IMG/VR virus record: IMGVR_UViG_3300032281_000325
Coordinates: 1-26,987 of that record
DNA from: a virus
Lineage: Duplodnaviria > Caudoviricetes
Length of the DNA: 26,987 nucleotides
Reading direction: 5' to 3' (one strand)
The notes under the pieces are model-generated. The model saw only the letters and a list, made by a program, of their open reading frames with translations. It did no database searches and was not told where the DNA came from. Made by a program: the position numbers and the translations under genes. This document shows, one piece after another, positions 18,401 through 26,889 of this stretch; position 1 is the stretch's first letter; each line of letters begins with the position of its first letter.

Positions 18401-19623
18401 GCCTAATCCCAACAACAGCCAGTGATGTTGGCAATATAACAAGTATTGCAAGTTTTAACAGATATAGCGGATTACCCACAGTAGGATCCAATTCATATAC
18501 ATGGACAGGCAACACCGGAACTACGATTAGTTTCACTGTAGACTGGAGCAGCAATACCGTAACCAGTTACACATATACTCCAACACTACCAGCATTGACA
18601 TCAGCTAATGATTGGCAGAATTGGATATTGGACTATCAAAACACCAACGATTATGGTTGGTGGATAGGTAGTGGAGGCAGTCAGAGTCTCAGTGTGTCTT
18701 CATCATCAGCAATATATGACTATCTATTCAGAGAGGCACTGCCAAGTAGTTTAACTTATGATCTAAGCAATACCACTTGGTATCCTGGTAATCTATTAGT
18801 CAATAATAGTGCAAGCATAGCTACACTTTCATCTCAGACAATGTTTGTCTCATTTAATAGAACTGCTATAGGCTGGGCTAAGGTAGAAAACAGCTATGGT
18901 AATCCAGTCTACTGGTTACGTGGATTAACTGCTGACAGCGGTATAAGCACTGGTGGTGACATGACCGTAGCAGGCGACCTGAGAGTTGCGGGTGACTTGT
19001 ATGTCAGCCCAACCAGTATCTACATGGGCAATCTAAGAATCAGTGCAGCTGATGGCAACCTAACAGTCAACACTGGAGTTAAATTCAGCGATGGTAGTGT
19101 ACAGTCTTCTGCTTATAGTAATGTAAAGGTCAAAGCCTACACTGAAAGCATGGGATATCAAAACTATGGTAATGTAAACGTTGCGGCATTGATAACTACA
19201 AATGGATTAACAAACTACAGTAATGTTAATGTCATAGCTTATCTGGCTGGTAATATCACAGTGGGTAACATCGCAGGCAGTGTCAACGGTTTTAGTATTG
19301 GTTATAGAGATGTTCCACAGATCACAGTGGCTAACTTGACATTGATCGCCAGCGACGCAGGCAAACACTACTATGGTGCTAACACGAATCCAACCACTAT
19401 AACCATTCCAACTAATGCTAACGTGGCATTTGGTAACGGTACTGCTATCAGTATCGTCAATCAAGGCACGGGTAATATCACTATTGCTAATGCCGCAAGC
19501 GTTTTACTTTACTTGGCAGGTAACTCAACAGCAGGCAGTAGAACACTTACCAGTTATGGTATGGCGACACTAATTAAAGTTCAAGTCAATACTTGGTTCA
19601 TCAACGGTACAGGTGTAGTTTAA
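15403..19623 (+). CDS. long tail fibre / baseplate-attached protein (1406 aa)
   Basis: T4 gp9/gp10-like N-terminus INIG...GDGDPLRTAFNEVNSNFTELY, fibre motif APGALDTLQELAAALGN, many KGYVD repeats. Confidence 0.85.
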   Translation: MTQQIINIGTGPSTGDGDPLRTAFNEVNSNFTELYGTINGQAVTFSNVSGVTTSLGNGATFDVIRYVNSYAPVINRAGTGYSVGNVITIYGNLIGGAYSAQDLTITVASLGNATLGNIATVTFSGIPAQPVTSVAGRTGNVVLTVNDIIGLSNAYAIASSTATANVAMRGYVDTKIAANIAALINGAPGALDTLQELAAALGNNASFSATIINSLATTNSNLILSNTTTRAYVDGQIIAANSGVASAVTLANTGLKGYVDYTNSVLGTEIATANIGLKGYVDQANTIQSAQVNAANLAITAANIGLKGYVDQANTIQSAQVNAANLAITAANVGLKGYVDFTNSVLGTEIATANIGLKGYVDQANSIQSAQIAAANIGLKGYVDQANTIQSAQLTSANLGIIGYVDQANTIQSGQIGAANLAIIAANLGMKGYVDSVATLSIYSNVNVKAYTETMGFQNYSNVNVAAYVTTANSAILGYIDLANTIQSAQVNAANLAITAANVGMKGYVDSQSFYSNAKVATYLQAGNISNVSLAGNVTATYFLGNGALLTGISGGVSSYSNVQVATYLPTYSGNIANIRIGTSGALTFSDGTTQTTASAGGGSSYSNVNVAAYLNTTGYNLYSNTNVIAYLNATGYNLYSNANVASYLPTYSGNVANIRLGTSGILTFPDGTTMTTAATGGGSSYGNANVTAYTVSMGFTNYSNVNVSALITTNGLTNYSNVNVKAYAETMGYQNFGNVNVAAYVTTANSAIIGYIDLANTIQSAQVNAANLAITAANLGMKGYVDSVASQSIYGNGNVKSYLTQFDGNIVPSANVTYSLGNVTNRWKDLYLSGNTIFLGDSTITTEGGRLVTTGAAISPPTGAVGFANVQLEAPTDFAQIRSYYVDNNFGYTANLKNYASAPIVWDELRSAKFYENSLIIGGATPGFSALDTSGGRFANAVATIDATGNIASLTITDGGVGYDSYYPYYATDPTGYDSNHIGRSFTGAPTGKSYRRISLIPTTASDVGNITSIASFNRYSGLPTVGSNSYTWTGNTGTTISFTVDWSSNTVTSYTYTPTLPALTSANDWQNWILDYQNTNDYGWWIGSGGSQSLSVSSSSAIYDYLFREALPSSLTYDLSNTTWYPGNLLVNNSASIATLSSQTMFVSFNRTAIGWAKVENSYGNPVYWLRGLTADSGISTGGDMTVAGDLRVAGDLYVSPTSIYMGNLRISAADGNLTVNTGVKFSDGSVQSSAYSNVKVKAYTESMGYQNYGNVNVAALITTNGLTNYSNVNVIAYLAGNITVGNIAGSVNGFSIGYRDVPQITVANLTLIASDAGKHYYGANTNPTTITIPTNANVAFGNGTAISIVNQGTGNITIANAASVLLYLAGNSTAGSRTLTSYGMATLIKVQVNTWFINGTGVV
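16160..16950 (+). repeat. in-frame tandem repeats encoding KGYVD units (about 22 and 29 aa)
   Basis: 16231-16307 is identical to 16318-16394 (87-bp period). 16201-16253 matches 16441-16493 with 1 mismatch. Array limits are approximate. Confidence 0.9.
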
Positions 19624-19624
19624 C

Positions 19625-20389
19625 ATGACCGGCATAATGATGGGGTTAATGACTAATGTTCAACCTCAGAACGTTGTGATTGTAAATTATACACCACTTG
19701 CAGGTAGTTTGCAGTTTAATGGCACTAGCCAGTTTCTCAGTCTGTCCCCAGGCTTTGCATTAGGTACCAGTGCTTACACTATAGAAGGTTGGTTCTACAA
19801 CAATGTCAACTATACCGCCACAAGAGCGTTGGTTGCTCCACAGCACCCCAGCGGTGCTTCAAATGCCCTAAGCCTATTCACCAATGATGCACAGTCATTT
19901 ACCTTGGACGCATATGGCGGTGGCGGTGTTAGGACTAATAATTTTCCCACTAATACCCTGCAGATCAACAAGTGGCATTATATCATACTAAATCGCAATG
20001 CCAGCACCTCGGTAGAAACCATGTGGGTGGGAACCTTTGTCAACAATACATCATATGTTACTTGTAGTCGTGCTACCAGTGCTTCAGGCGGAACCAGTAT
20101 CGTAGGCGGCACACAGGTCAATACACTGAATTACTCAGGTGTGTGTAACAACATAGGCAAATACTATGGTGGCTATTGGCCTGGCTTCATCACCAACTTC
20201 CGTGCCACCGTAGGCTCAGCAGTTTATGACAGCACCAGTAGCACAGTCACAGCACCTACAGAACCATTGGCATCTTTAGCCAACACCAAATACTTAATGT
20301 TAGGTGCTAATGTGACCCTGGACACCTCGGGCACACAAACTGTTACCAACAATAACACAGTGACGCAGAGTGCTACTGTACCATTCTAG
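19625..20389 (+). CDS. LamG/concanavalin A-like lectin domain protein
   Basis: SLQFNGTSQFL, YTIEGWFY, KWHYIILNR, GFITNFR motifs. Follows the second fibre gene. Confidence 0.8.
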   Translation: MTGIMMGLMTNVQPQNVVIVNYTPLAGSLQFNGTSQFLSLSPGFALGTSAYTIEGWFYNNVNYTATRALVAPQHPSGASNALSLFTNDAQSFTLDAYGGGGVRTNNFPTNTLQINKWHYIILNRNASTSVETMWVGTFVNNTSYVTCSRATSASGGTSIVGGTQVNTLNYSGVCNNIGKYYGGYWPGFITNFRATVGSAVYDSTSSTVTAPTEPLASLANTKYLMLGANVTLDTSGTQTVTNNNTVTQSATVPF

Positions 20390-20399
20390 TCAAAAACTC

Positions 20400-20428
20400 T
20401 TGATTTAACCAAAAAATCAGTGTATAAT
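20400..20428 (+). promoter_or_regulatory. sigma70-type promoter for a leaderless primase transcript
   Basis: TTGATT (20400-20405), 17 bp, TATAAT (20423-20428). The ATG is 7 nt downstream and there is no SD. Confidence 0.75.
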
Positions 20429-20435
20429 ATAGTAT

Positions 20436-21428
20436 ATGCTGAATATCATAAGTGACTTTATACGATCAATCTTACCTGCGAAGAAGAAAACCACACCCAG
20501 TGGTTGGACCAGCTTCAATGGTGTGTGTTGTCCACATAATGGTGAAAGTGCAGATACCCGTGGACGTGGTGGACTGACAGCCAATCCAGATGGCAGTGTC
20601 AGCTATCATTGTTTCAACTGTAACTTCAAAGCCAGCTATCAACCTGGTCGTCACCTAACATTCAAATTCCGTAAGCTATTAAAATGGTTAGGCGCTGATG
20701 ACACTGACATCAAAAGATTGGTTATCGAAGCTATCCGCGTCAGAGAATTGGTTAATCCAGAAGAGGTTAAACAAGAAGCTGAAGAAGAAAAGATTGATTT
20801 CAAAGTCCGTGACCTGCCAGATGATGCAGAGAATTTGGTCGCATTGGATTATGTCCATCCAGCATTGGAATATTGTGTGGCACGCAAAATTGACATAACC
20901 AAATATCAGTTTTACGCAACTCGTCAAGCGCAATATAATCTACACAAGAGAATCATCATACCGTTCATCTGGCAAGGTAGGACCATTGGTTATACTGCCA
21001 GAGCCATCGAAGAAAACGTTAAACCAAAATATCACAGCAACTATGAACCAAACTTTGTGTTTAACATCAACAATCAACACGCAGACAGCAAGTTCGTCAT
21101 AGTCTGTGAAGGACCGTTTGATGCTATGAGCATAGATGGTGTAGCAGTGTTGAACAATGAGTGTAATGAAACACAAGCAGACATTATCGAAAGTCTAGGT
21201 AAGGAAGTGATAGTAGTGGCAGACCGGGATCGTGCTGGTGCTAAGATGATTAACAATGCTATCGAATATGGGTGGAGTGTAAGTTACCCTGTATGGCTGG
21301 AAACTTCAAAAGACGTAAATGAAGCAGTGGTGAAATATGGCAAGTTATTTGTGCTAAAAACTATCTTAGACAGCAAACACTCGAGCAAACTCAAGATAGA
21401 ACTTATGAAAAAGAAACTGTATAATTAA
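20436..21428 (+). CDS. dnaG: DNA primase (T4 gp61/DnaG-like)
   Basis: Zn ribbon (CCPH...YHCFNC), RIIIP...GYTAR, TOPRIM CEGPFD and DRD, KDVNE. Confidence 0.9.
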   Translation: MLNIISDFIRSILPAKKKTTPSGWTSFNGVCCPHNGESADTRGRGGLTANPDGSVSYHCFNCNFKASYQPGRHLTFKFRKLLKWLGADDTDIKRLVIEAIRVRELVNPEEVKQEAEEEKIDFKVRDLPDDAENLVALDYVHPALEYCVARKIDITKYQFYATRQAQYNLHKRIIIPFIWQGRTIGYTARAIEENVKPKYHSNYEPNFVFNINNQHADSKFVIVCEGPFDAMSIDGVAVLNNECNETQADIIESLGKEVIVVADRDRAGAKMINNAIEYGWSVSYPVWLETSKDVNEAVVKYGKLFVLKTILDSKHSSKLKIELMKKKLYN

Positions 21429-21434
21429 TAGTAT

Positions 21435-22187
21435 ATGACAAAATTTACATTTATAGGATGTTCGATTACACGAGGTGAAGGATTATTTAACAAAGAATCA
21501 GATGAAAAAAATTATGCCAATATAGTTGGAAAACATTTTAATGCAACAGTAAAAAATTTATCAAAATCTGGAAATAGTAATTATAATATTTTTATATCTG
21601 GGTTAAATGAATTGTTGTATAATAAACCCGATATGCTATTGTTACAATGGTCTGGACTACAAAGACATTGGTTATATCCTAATTTAGATATTGAATTTCC
21701 AATAGTTAATGATACTGCAATAACAGAAATTAATTATTTGCAAACAGTATTTTCTAAGAAATTTCTAACAAACTTTGTAGAACAATTTTTGTTGTTAAAT
21801 CATGACTATCATAATATATTGGCACTATTAAATTATTGTAAAATTTTAGAAACTATTGCGCAAGAACAAACACGATTAGTTTTTATAAATGGAATAATTC
21901 CTTGGACAGAAGAAATACAATATAAACAATCAACAAAAGATCCAATGAAAAATTTCAGTAAATACACTAAAGATCTTTTAAGTATTAATATGTTGCCAGA
22001 TGAGGATATTGTATTATTTTTTGATAAAATTTATAATGCATTAGATCAAATTGATAAAAACAAATGGCCTAATATGTTTCAAAGTTTAATTGATTTACAA
22101 ATTGATTATGGAATAGATAATATTCATCCAGGGCCAGAAAGTCATAAAAAAATAGCAGATATAATTATTAATCACATTAACAAATGA
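21435..22187 (+). CDS. SGNH/GDSL hydrolase-like protein
   Basis: GCSIT, NLSKSGNSN, and a catalytic DxxH in DNIHPG. Very AT-rich. Confidence 0.75.
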   Translation: MTKFTFIGCSITRGEGLFNKESDEKNYANIVGKHFNATVKNLSKSGNSNYNIFISGLNELLYNKPDMLLLQWSGLQRHWLYPNLDIEFPIVNDTAITEINYLQTVFSKKFLTNFVEQFLLLNHDYHNILALLNYCKILETIAQEQTRLVFINGIIPWTEEIQYKQSTKDPMKNFSKYTKDLLSINMLPDEDIVLFFDKIYNALDQIDKNKWPNMFQSLIDLQIDYGIDNIHPGPESHKKIADIIINHINK

Positions 22188-23575
22188 CAAAAGAATACTC
22201 TCCAGAACTACAGAAACTATTTTTAGAAATGATGCTACAAGATGCACAGAGCTATGTGCGTGTGCAGAACATCTATAATCCAGAAAACTTTGATCGTAGC
22301 TTGCGTGAAGTAGCCAAGTTCATCAAGACCCATACTGATGATCATAAAGCCATGCCCACTGCCGAACAAGTAAAAGCAGTAACAGGCGTAGAATGTAAAT
22401 CAGTGCCGGATCTCACAGAAGATCACTACAGCTGGTTCCTGGCAGAGTTTGAAGGATTTACTAAACGTAATGAACTTGAACGTGCGATCCTTAAAGCCGC
22501 AGACATGTTGGAAAAAGGTGAGTATGATCCTGTAGAAAAACTTATCAAAGATGCGGTTCAAATATCATTGACTAAAGATCTAGGCACAGAATACTTTGAA
22601 GATCCCAGAGCAAGATTAATGGCAATTAAATCTAATAACGGACAAGTAAGCACTGGCTGGCCAACTCTTGATAAAAGATTGTTTGGTGGTATGAACAGAG
22701 GTGAACTAAACATCTTTGCAGGTGGATCTGGTAGTGGTAAAAGTTTGTTCATGCAGAATATCAGTATCAATTGGGTAACGCAAGGACTTAACGGTGTATA
22801 TCTAAGTTTAGAGTTGAGCGAAGGATTGTGTGCTATGCGTATGGACAGTATGGTGGCCAACGTTTCAACCAAAGAAGTATTTAAAGAACTAGATACAGTT
22901 GAAATGAAGATTAAAATGACTGGTAAGAAATCCGGTAGCCTGCGTATCAAATACATGCCAGCACAGTCAAACGTAAATCAGATACGTAGTTATTTAAAAG
23001 AACTACAGATACAGACAGGTAAGCGTTTAGACTTTATCATGGTAGACTATTTAGACTTGGTCATGCCAGTGAGTGCCAAAGTCAGCCCAAATGATCTGTT
23101 TGTCAAAGACAAATATGTGTCAGAAGAACTGCGTAATTTGGCTAAAGAACTTAATATCTTAATGATCACAGCTTCACAATTAAATCGTGGTGCTGTAGAA
23201 GAAATTGAATTTGATCACAGTCATATCGCAGGTGGGTTGAGTAAGATCAACACAGCAGATAATGTGTTTGGTATCTTTACGTCACGTGCTATGCGTGAGC
23301 GTGGACGTTATCAACTACAGCTTATGAAGACACGTAGTAGTTCTGGTGTAGGTATGAAGGTGGACTTAGAATATGACATTGAAACACTACGTATCACTGA
23401 CCCAGGTGAAGAAGCACAAGAAAGTGGATTACGTGGGGTCGGTGCTACTAATATATTAAGTCAGATTAAAACTGGTAGTAGCGTAACACCAGCAGAAGAT
23501 ACTCCTAAAATACAAGCCGGTGTAGACAGCAGTAAACTCAAAAGTATGTTGGCTGGACTTAAGAAAGTAGAATGA
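22184..23575 (+). CDS. dnaB: replicative DNA helicase (T4 gp41/DnaB family)
   Basis: STGWPTLD, Walker A GGSGSGKS, LSLE, VDYLDL, TASQLNR, KTR motifs. Confidence 0.92.
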   Translation: MTKEYSPELQKLFLEMMLQDAQSYVRVQNIYNPENFDRSLREVAKFIKTHTDDHKAMPTAEQVKAVTGVECKSVPDLTEDHYSWFLAEFEGFTKRNELERAILKAADMLEKGEYDPVEKLIKDAVQISLTKDLGTEYFEDPRARLMAIKSNNGQVSTGWPTLDKRLFGGMNRGELNIFAGGSGSGKSLFMQNISINWVTQGLNGVYLSLELSEGLCAMRMDSMVANVSTKEVFKELDTVEMKIKMTGKKSGSLRIKYMPAQSNVNQIRSYLKELQIQTGKRLDFIMVDYLDLVMPVSAKVSPNDLFVKDKYVSEELRNLAKELNILMITASQLNRGAVEEIEFDHSHIAGGLSKINTADNVFGIFTSRAMRERGRYQLQLMKTRSSSGVGMKVDLEYDIETLRITDPGEEAQESGLRGVGATNILSQIKTGSSVTPAEDTPKIQAGVDSSKLKSMLAGLKKVE

Positions 23576-23634
23576 TTTAATAAATGCATTGCCTTTTAGA
23601 ATAATAACTATTCGAGCTAAGGTAACAAGATAGT

Positions 23635-24660
23635 ATGAATTATCCTACAATAACCCCCCACACTACATCTTTAGATAGTAAGTTCGTTCGCAGTGATATA
23701 ATATTTGTTGTAGATCATATGCCTATGGTTAGTGATGCACGAATACATATAAATGGTAAAGAAGTTTATTTTAAAAATACCATTTTTGATTTATTTCAAT
23801 CAGCCAATATTGATCATACTAAAAAGATTTTTGTGTTTGATAGTTATATGTGTTTTGATGACTTTTCTAAAGAACAAGCGGTATACACAAATAATTTTTT
23901 AATTACAGAATCTAAAAAGTTCTTAACGAAGTTTCCGGATTGGACAAGTGTACCAACTATTAGACCTACAAAAAAATTAACCGCCATGATGAACAAAATT
24001 AGACCTAATAGACAAATTTTGTCAACTACATTAGCTAATTTGATATCTCCACAAGATATATTATATTCAACTGACGAATGTAATAAAATAGCCTTAGATG
24101 AATTTTTACATGGAACTGACTATGCTATCGATACGTCAAATACGCTATCTAAACGTTGGATAGGCCAAGGTGACCGTAAGGCCAGCGGGTTTCATGATAG
24201 TATGTTAGATAATACTGCTGCATTTGATCAATGTTTGTATAATCAGTTATTTAAAGATGCGACACTATCATTAATAACAGAACCCACATTTTTTGAAAAT
24301 GGTAATCATCTTAGTGAAAAAACTATTATGTCTATATATTCAGGACATTTTTTAATTTGGGTAGGAGGATGGAAGTCAGCTGAAACAGCCGCTAAACTTG
24401 GATTAGATATATTTGACGATATCATTGATCATAGTTATCAATATATTGAACATCCAGGAAAACGATGTGTAGAAGCAGTATTAAGAAATTTAGATTTAAT
24501 CAATGATTTAGAGAGTCAAATAGTACTTAAGGAACAATTCTATGATCGATTAAATCAAAATCTTACATTAATTAGAAATATTTCTAAATTAGAATACATG
24601 AATAAAACTTATCTCAATGATCATATATTATATGATAAAGTAAAATCTATCTTGCGATAA
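23635..24660 (+). CDS. hypothetical protein, glycosyltransferase (GT-B/GT10-like) C-terminal pattern
   Basis: SLITEP...LSEKT...LIWVG...FDDIIDHSY recalls the E...TEK motif of GT10-like folds. Function is inferred. Confidence 0.5.
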   Translation: MNYPTITPHTTSLDSKFVRSDIIFVVDHMPMVSDARIHINGKEVYFKNTIFDLFQSANIDHTKKIFVFDSYMCFDDFSKEQAVYTNNFLITESKKFLTKFPDWTSVPTIRPTKKLTAMMNKIRPNRQILSTTLANLISPQDILYSTDECNKIALDEFLHGTDYAIDTSNTLSKRWIGQGDRKASGFHDSMLDNTAAFDQCLYNQLFKDATLSLITEPTFFENGNHLSEKTIMSIYSGHFLIWVGGWKSAETAAKLGLDIFDDIIDHSYQYIEHPGKRCVEAVLRNLDLINDLESQIVLKEQFYDRLNQNLTLIRNISKLEYMNKTYLNDHILYDKVKSILR

Positions 24661-24670
24661 ATATACTAAA
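24654..24670 (+). promoter_or_regulatory. T4-like late promoter
   Basis: 17-bp exact copy of 11648-11664, overlapping the upstream TAA stop. Confidence 0.75.
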
Positions 24671-24684
24671 TTGGAGTAAAAACT

Positions 24685-24933
24685 GTGCAGAAACGCACCC
24701 GTAGCATACTTACAGAGCTTGACGAATTACTCACGCATAAAGACAAGGATAACCTCCTAGAGTCTCGTGCTAATAACATCATCAATGGTGCTATTAATCT
24801 AATCAAGTATATCCGTGAAAACTATGAAGCCGAACAAGCCCTTGAGCTTGAGCGCCGTCTTCTTAATGCTATCAAGGGACAAGATCCTGCAAAATTTACC
24901 AGAGGCATTAGGAAGATCAGCAATGAAGATTAA
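24685..24933 (+). CDS. late hypothetical protein (82 aa)
   Basis: GGAG RBS, GTG start, late promoter upstream. Confidence 0.8.
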   Translation: MQKRTRSILTELDELLTHKDKDNLLESRANNIINGAINLIKYIRENYEAEQALELERRLLNAIKGQDPAKFTRGIRKISNED

Positions 24934-25603
24934 TGAAATTATCACAGAAGGTGCTATAAGCCCACAGACCTGGAACAGCTTAACTCCACAACAAAAACAA
25001 GAAATTTCAGGATATATTAATGATCTAACTGGTGTTGGTGATGCAGGAAAATATATCCAACCTAAAACCACAGCCACTGATTATGTAGGAGATGTCGCTG
25101 GTGCTATAGCTGGTCAATCAGGTGCTACTAGCATGTTTAAGCAAGCTAAGGCCCCAACTATTCCATCTGCTCCAGTGAATGCCAAAGTGCAAACCAATAG
25201 TGGAATTTATACTAAAACTAATCAAGGTTGGTCTGATGCTAATAACAGAATAGCCAATGCTACAGTATCACAGACATTAGATAAAAAGTGGTATACTGAT
25301 TATCAAAATAAACTTAAACAACAAACTCCAATCCGACAGCCAACAACTACGGCAAAAACACCAAAATCAACAACACCTAAAGTAGTACCAACACAAACAG
25401 CAACAGCAGCAACTATGCCACCGCCTACAGCACAACCCACTGTACAAACAGCAACATCAGCTACTATGACTCCAACTACAGCGGCCGCGGCTATACCCAA
25501 AGTAGCTCCAGCAAAAAATCCTGGCGCACCCACTCCACAAGAGTATGCAAATCTGCAGGCAAAACTACAAGCAGCATTAAAAGCACAGCAAGGACAGCAA
25601 TGA
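24923..25603 (+). CDS. Pro/Thr/Ala/Gln-rich probable internal head protein
   Basis: Start moved to ATG 24923 (after AGGA) giving MKINEIITE, which resembles T4 capsid-targeting leaders. Confidence 0.65.
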   Translation: MKINEIITEGAISPQTWNSLTPQQKQEISGYINDLTGVGDAGKYIQPKTTATDYVGDVAGAIAGQSGATSMFKQAKAPTIPSAPVNAKVQTNSGIYTKTNQGWSDANNRIANATVSQTLDKKWYTDYQNKLKQQTPIRQPTTTAKTPKSTTPKVVPTQTATAATMPPPTAQPTVQTATSATMTPTTAAAAIPKVAPAKNPGAPTPQEYANLQAKLQAALKAQQGQQ

Positions 25604-26844
25604 AACTATTTGAAATAAAAGGTCAGACTCCGGAATTTCTGCTTACAGAAAGCAAGAACGTCCACCTCGAGCATCTTGAAGATCTAATCTTTAATCGTGG
25701 CTATGCAGGTGCTGAAGAAGCTCTTAACTATATAGACGGCCTACGCCACATGTTGGCAGAAGGCACAGGAACGACCACACAGCTAACAGTTAAATGGGAC
25801 GGAAGTCCGGCTATCATCTGCGGCACCGATCCCGCTGACGGTCGTTTTTTTGTGGGCACCAAAGCAGTGTTTAGCAAGGGCGAACCCAAGCTCTGCAAGT
25901 CAGCGAAAGATATACAAAACTTCTATGGTGATCGACCTGAGCTAGCAGAAATATTACTATCAGCACTGAAATATCTCAGCAAGTTAAATATTGGTGGAGT
26001 AGTACAAGGTGACTTGATGTTTACTCCTGGTAAAGTCACTACGGTATCAGTTAACGACGAAGACTGCTATGTATTCACTCCTAACACTATTACCTATGCA
26101 GTGCCGATTAACAGCCACCTAGGCGAACGTATCGCAGGTGCACAATTAGGTATCATATTCCATACTACTTATTCGGGTGCTAATACAATAGAAGAAATGA
26201 CTGCTAGTTTTGGAGTAAACGTAACAGGATTTACGCAGACCAAGGCAGTATGGTTCGATGATGCTACATATAAAGACTATACAGGTATTGCTAGTTTAAC
26301 TCCTACAGAAGATGCTAAAATACAAAAATATCTATCAGCAACTGCTAAGACCATGCAGAAAATTGGACAGCAACGCTTTGATATCATTTTACAAGACAAA
26401 GAATTTAGTAGAATGGTTAAACCTTTTATCAATAAACAGATACGTGCAGGCAGCCAGGTAGTAGACCCCACAAAATTCTTACAGGATTTTATCAACCACT
26501 ACGAACAAGAAATGATGAAAGGTATTGAAGAATTATCAGGTGGACCACAAGGACGTGCAGCACAGGGCAGACTAGCCAAGATCAAAGCCAAAGAACAATG
26601 GATCGCCGACAACAGTAATAATTTAACAGGTATATTAGCCACATATAAACGTATTATAGAGCTCAAAGGCATGCTGTTACGCAAACTACAACAGGTAGAA
26701 GGTATAGGAACATTCCAAAGGACCAATGACGGTTACAAAGTAACTGCTCCTGAGGGCTTTGTGGCTATAGGACACAATGGCGGTGCTGTTAAACTAGTGG
26801 ATCGACTACAGTTCTCTAGGACGAATTTTTTATCAAAAGCATAA
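25600..26844 (+). CDS. ligase/nucleotidyltransferase-fold phage protein (DUF6267-like)
   Basis: HLEHLED, motif I TVKWDG, VQGDL, EGFV, VKLV in ligase-superfamily order. Confidence 0.65.
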   Translation: MKLFEIKGQTPEFLLTESKNVHLEHLEDLIFNRGYAGAEEALNYIDGLRHMLAEGTGTTTQLTVKWDGSPAIICGTDPADGRFFVGTKAVFSKGEPKLCKSAKDIQNFYGDRPELAEILLSALKYLSKLNIGGVVQGDLMFTPGKVTTVSVNDEDCYVFTPNTITYAVPINSHLGERIAGAQLGIIFHTTYSGANTIEEMTASFGVNVTGFTQTKAVWFDDATYKDYTGIASLTPTEDAKIQKYLSATAKTMQKIGQQRFDIILQDKEFSRMVKPFINKQIRAGSQVVDPTKFLQDFINHYEQEMMKGIEELSGGPQGRAAQGRLAKIKAKEQWIADNSNNLTGILATYKRIIELKGMLLRKLQQVEGIGTFQRTNDGYKVTAPEGFVAIGHNGGAVKLVDRLQFSRTNFLSKA

Positions 26845-26867
26845 ATAATTACATGCGCGAAAGCGTA
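26841..26867 (+). promoter_or_regulatory. late promoter plus 5' GAAA-tetraloop hairpin
   Basis: ATAAATA at 26841-26847, TGCGC-GAAA-GCGTA at 26854-26867, RBS TAGGAG at 26875-26880. Confidence 0.65.
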
Positions 26868-26889
26868 CAAACTTTAGGAGAAATATAAA

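Noticed and set aside
12174-19623. Many N-x-S/T sequons in the fibres, suggesting N-glycosylation
   Set aside because: The proteins are so rich in N, S and T that the count looks near compositional expectation. A shuffle test would be needed before claiming enrichment.
23576-23634. Promoter or terminator after the helicase
   Set aside because: There is no stable hairpin, and TTGCCT has no properly spaced -10. ATAAATG is only a partial late-promoter match.
61-26726. Short minus-strand and alternate-frame ORFs in the track (e.g. 61-366, 7096-7341, 22558-22956, 25303-25533)
   Set aside because: They lie wholly within well-supported + strand genes, lack RBS or promoter support and have no recognisable motifs.
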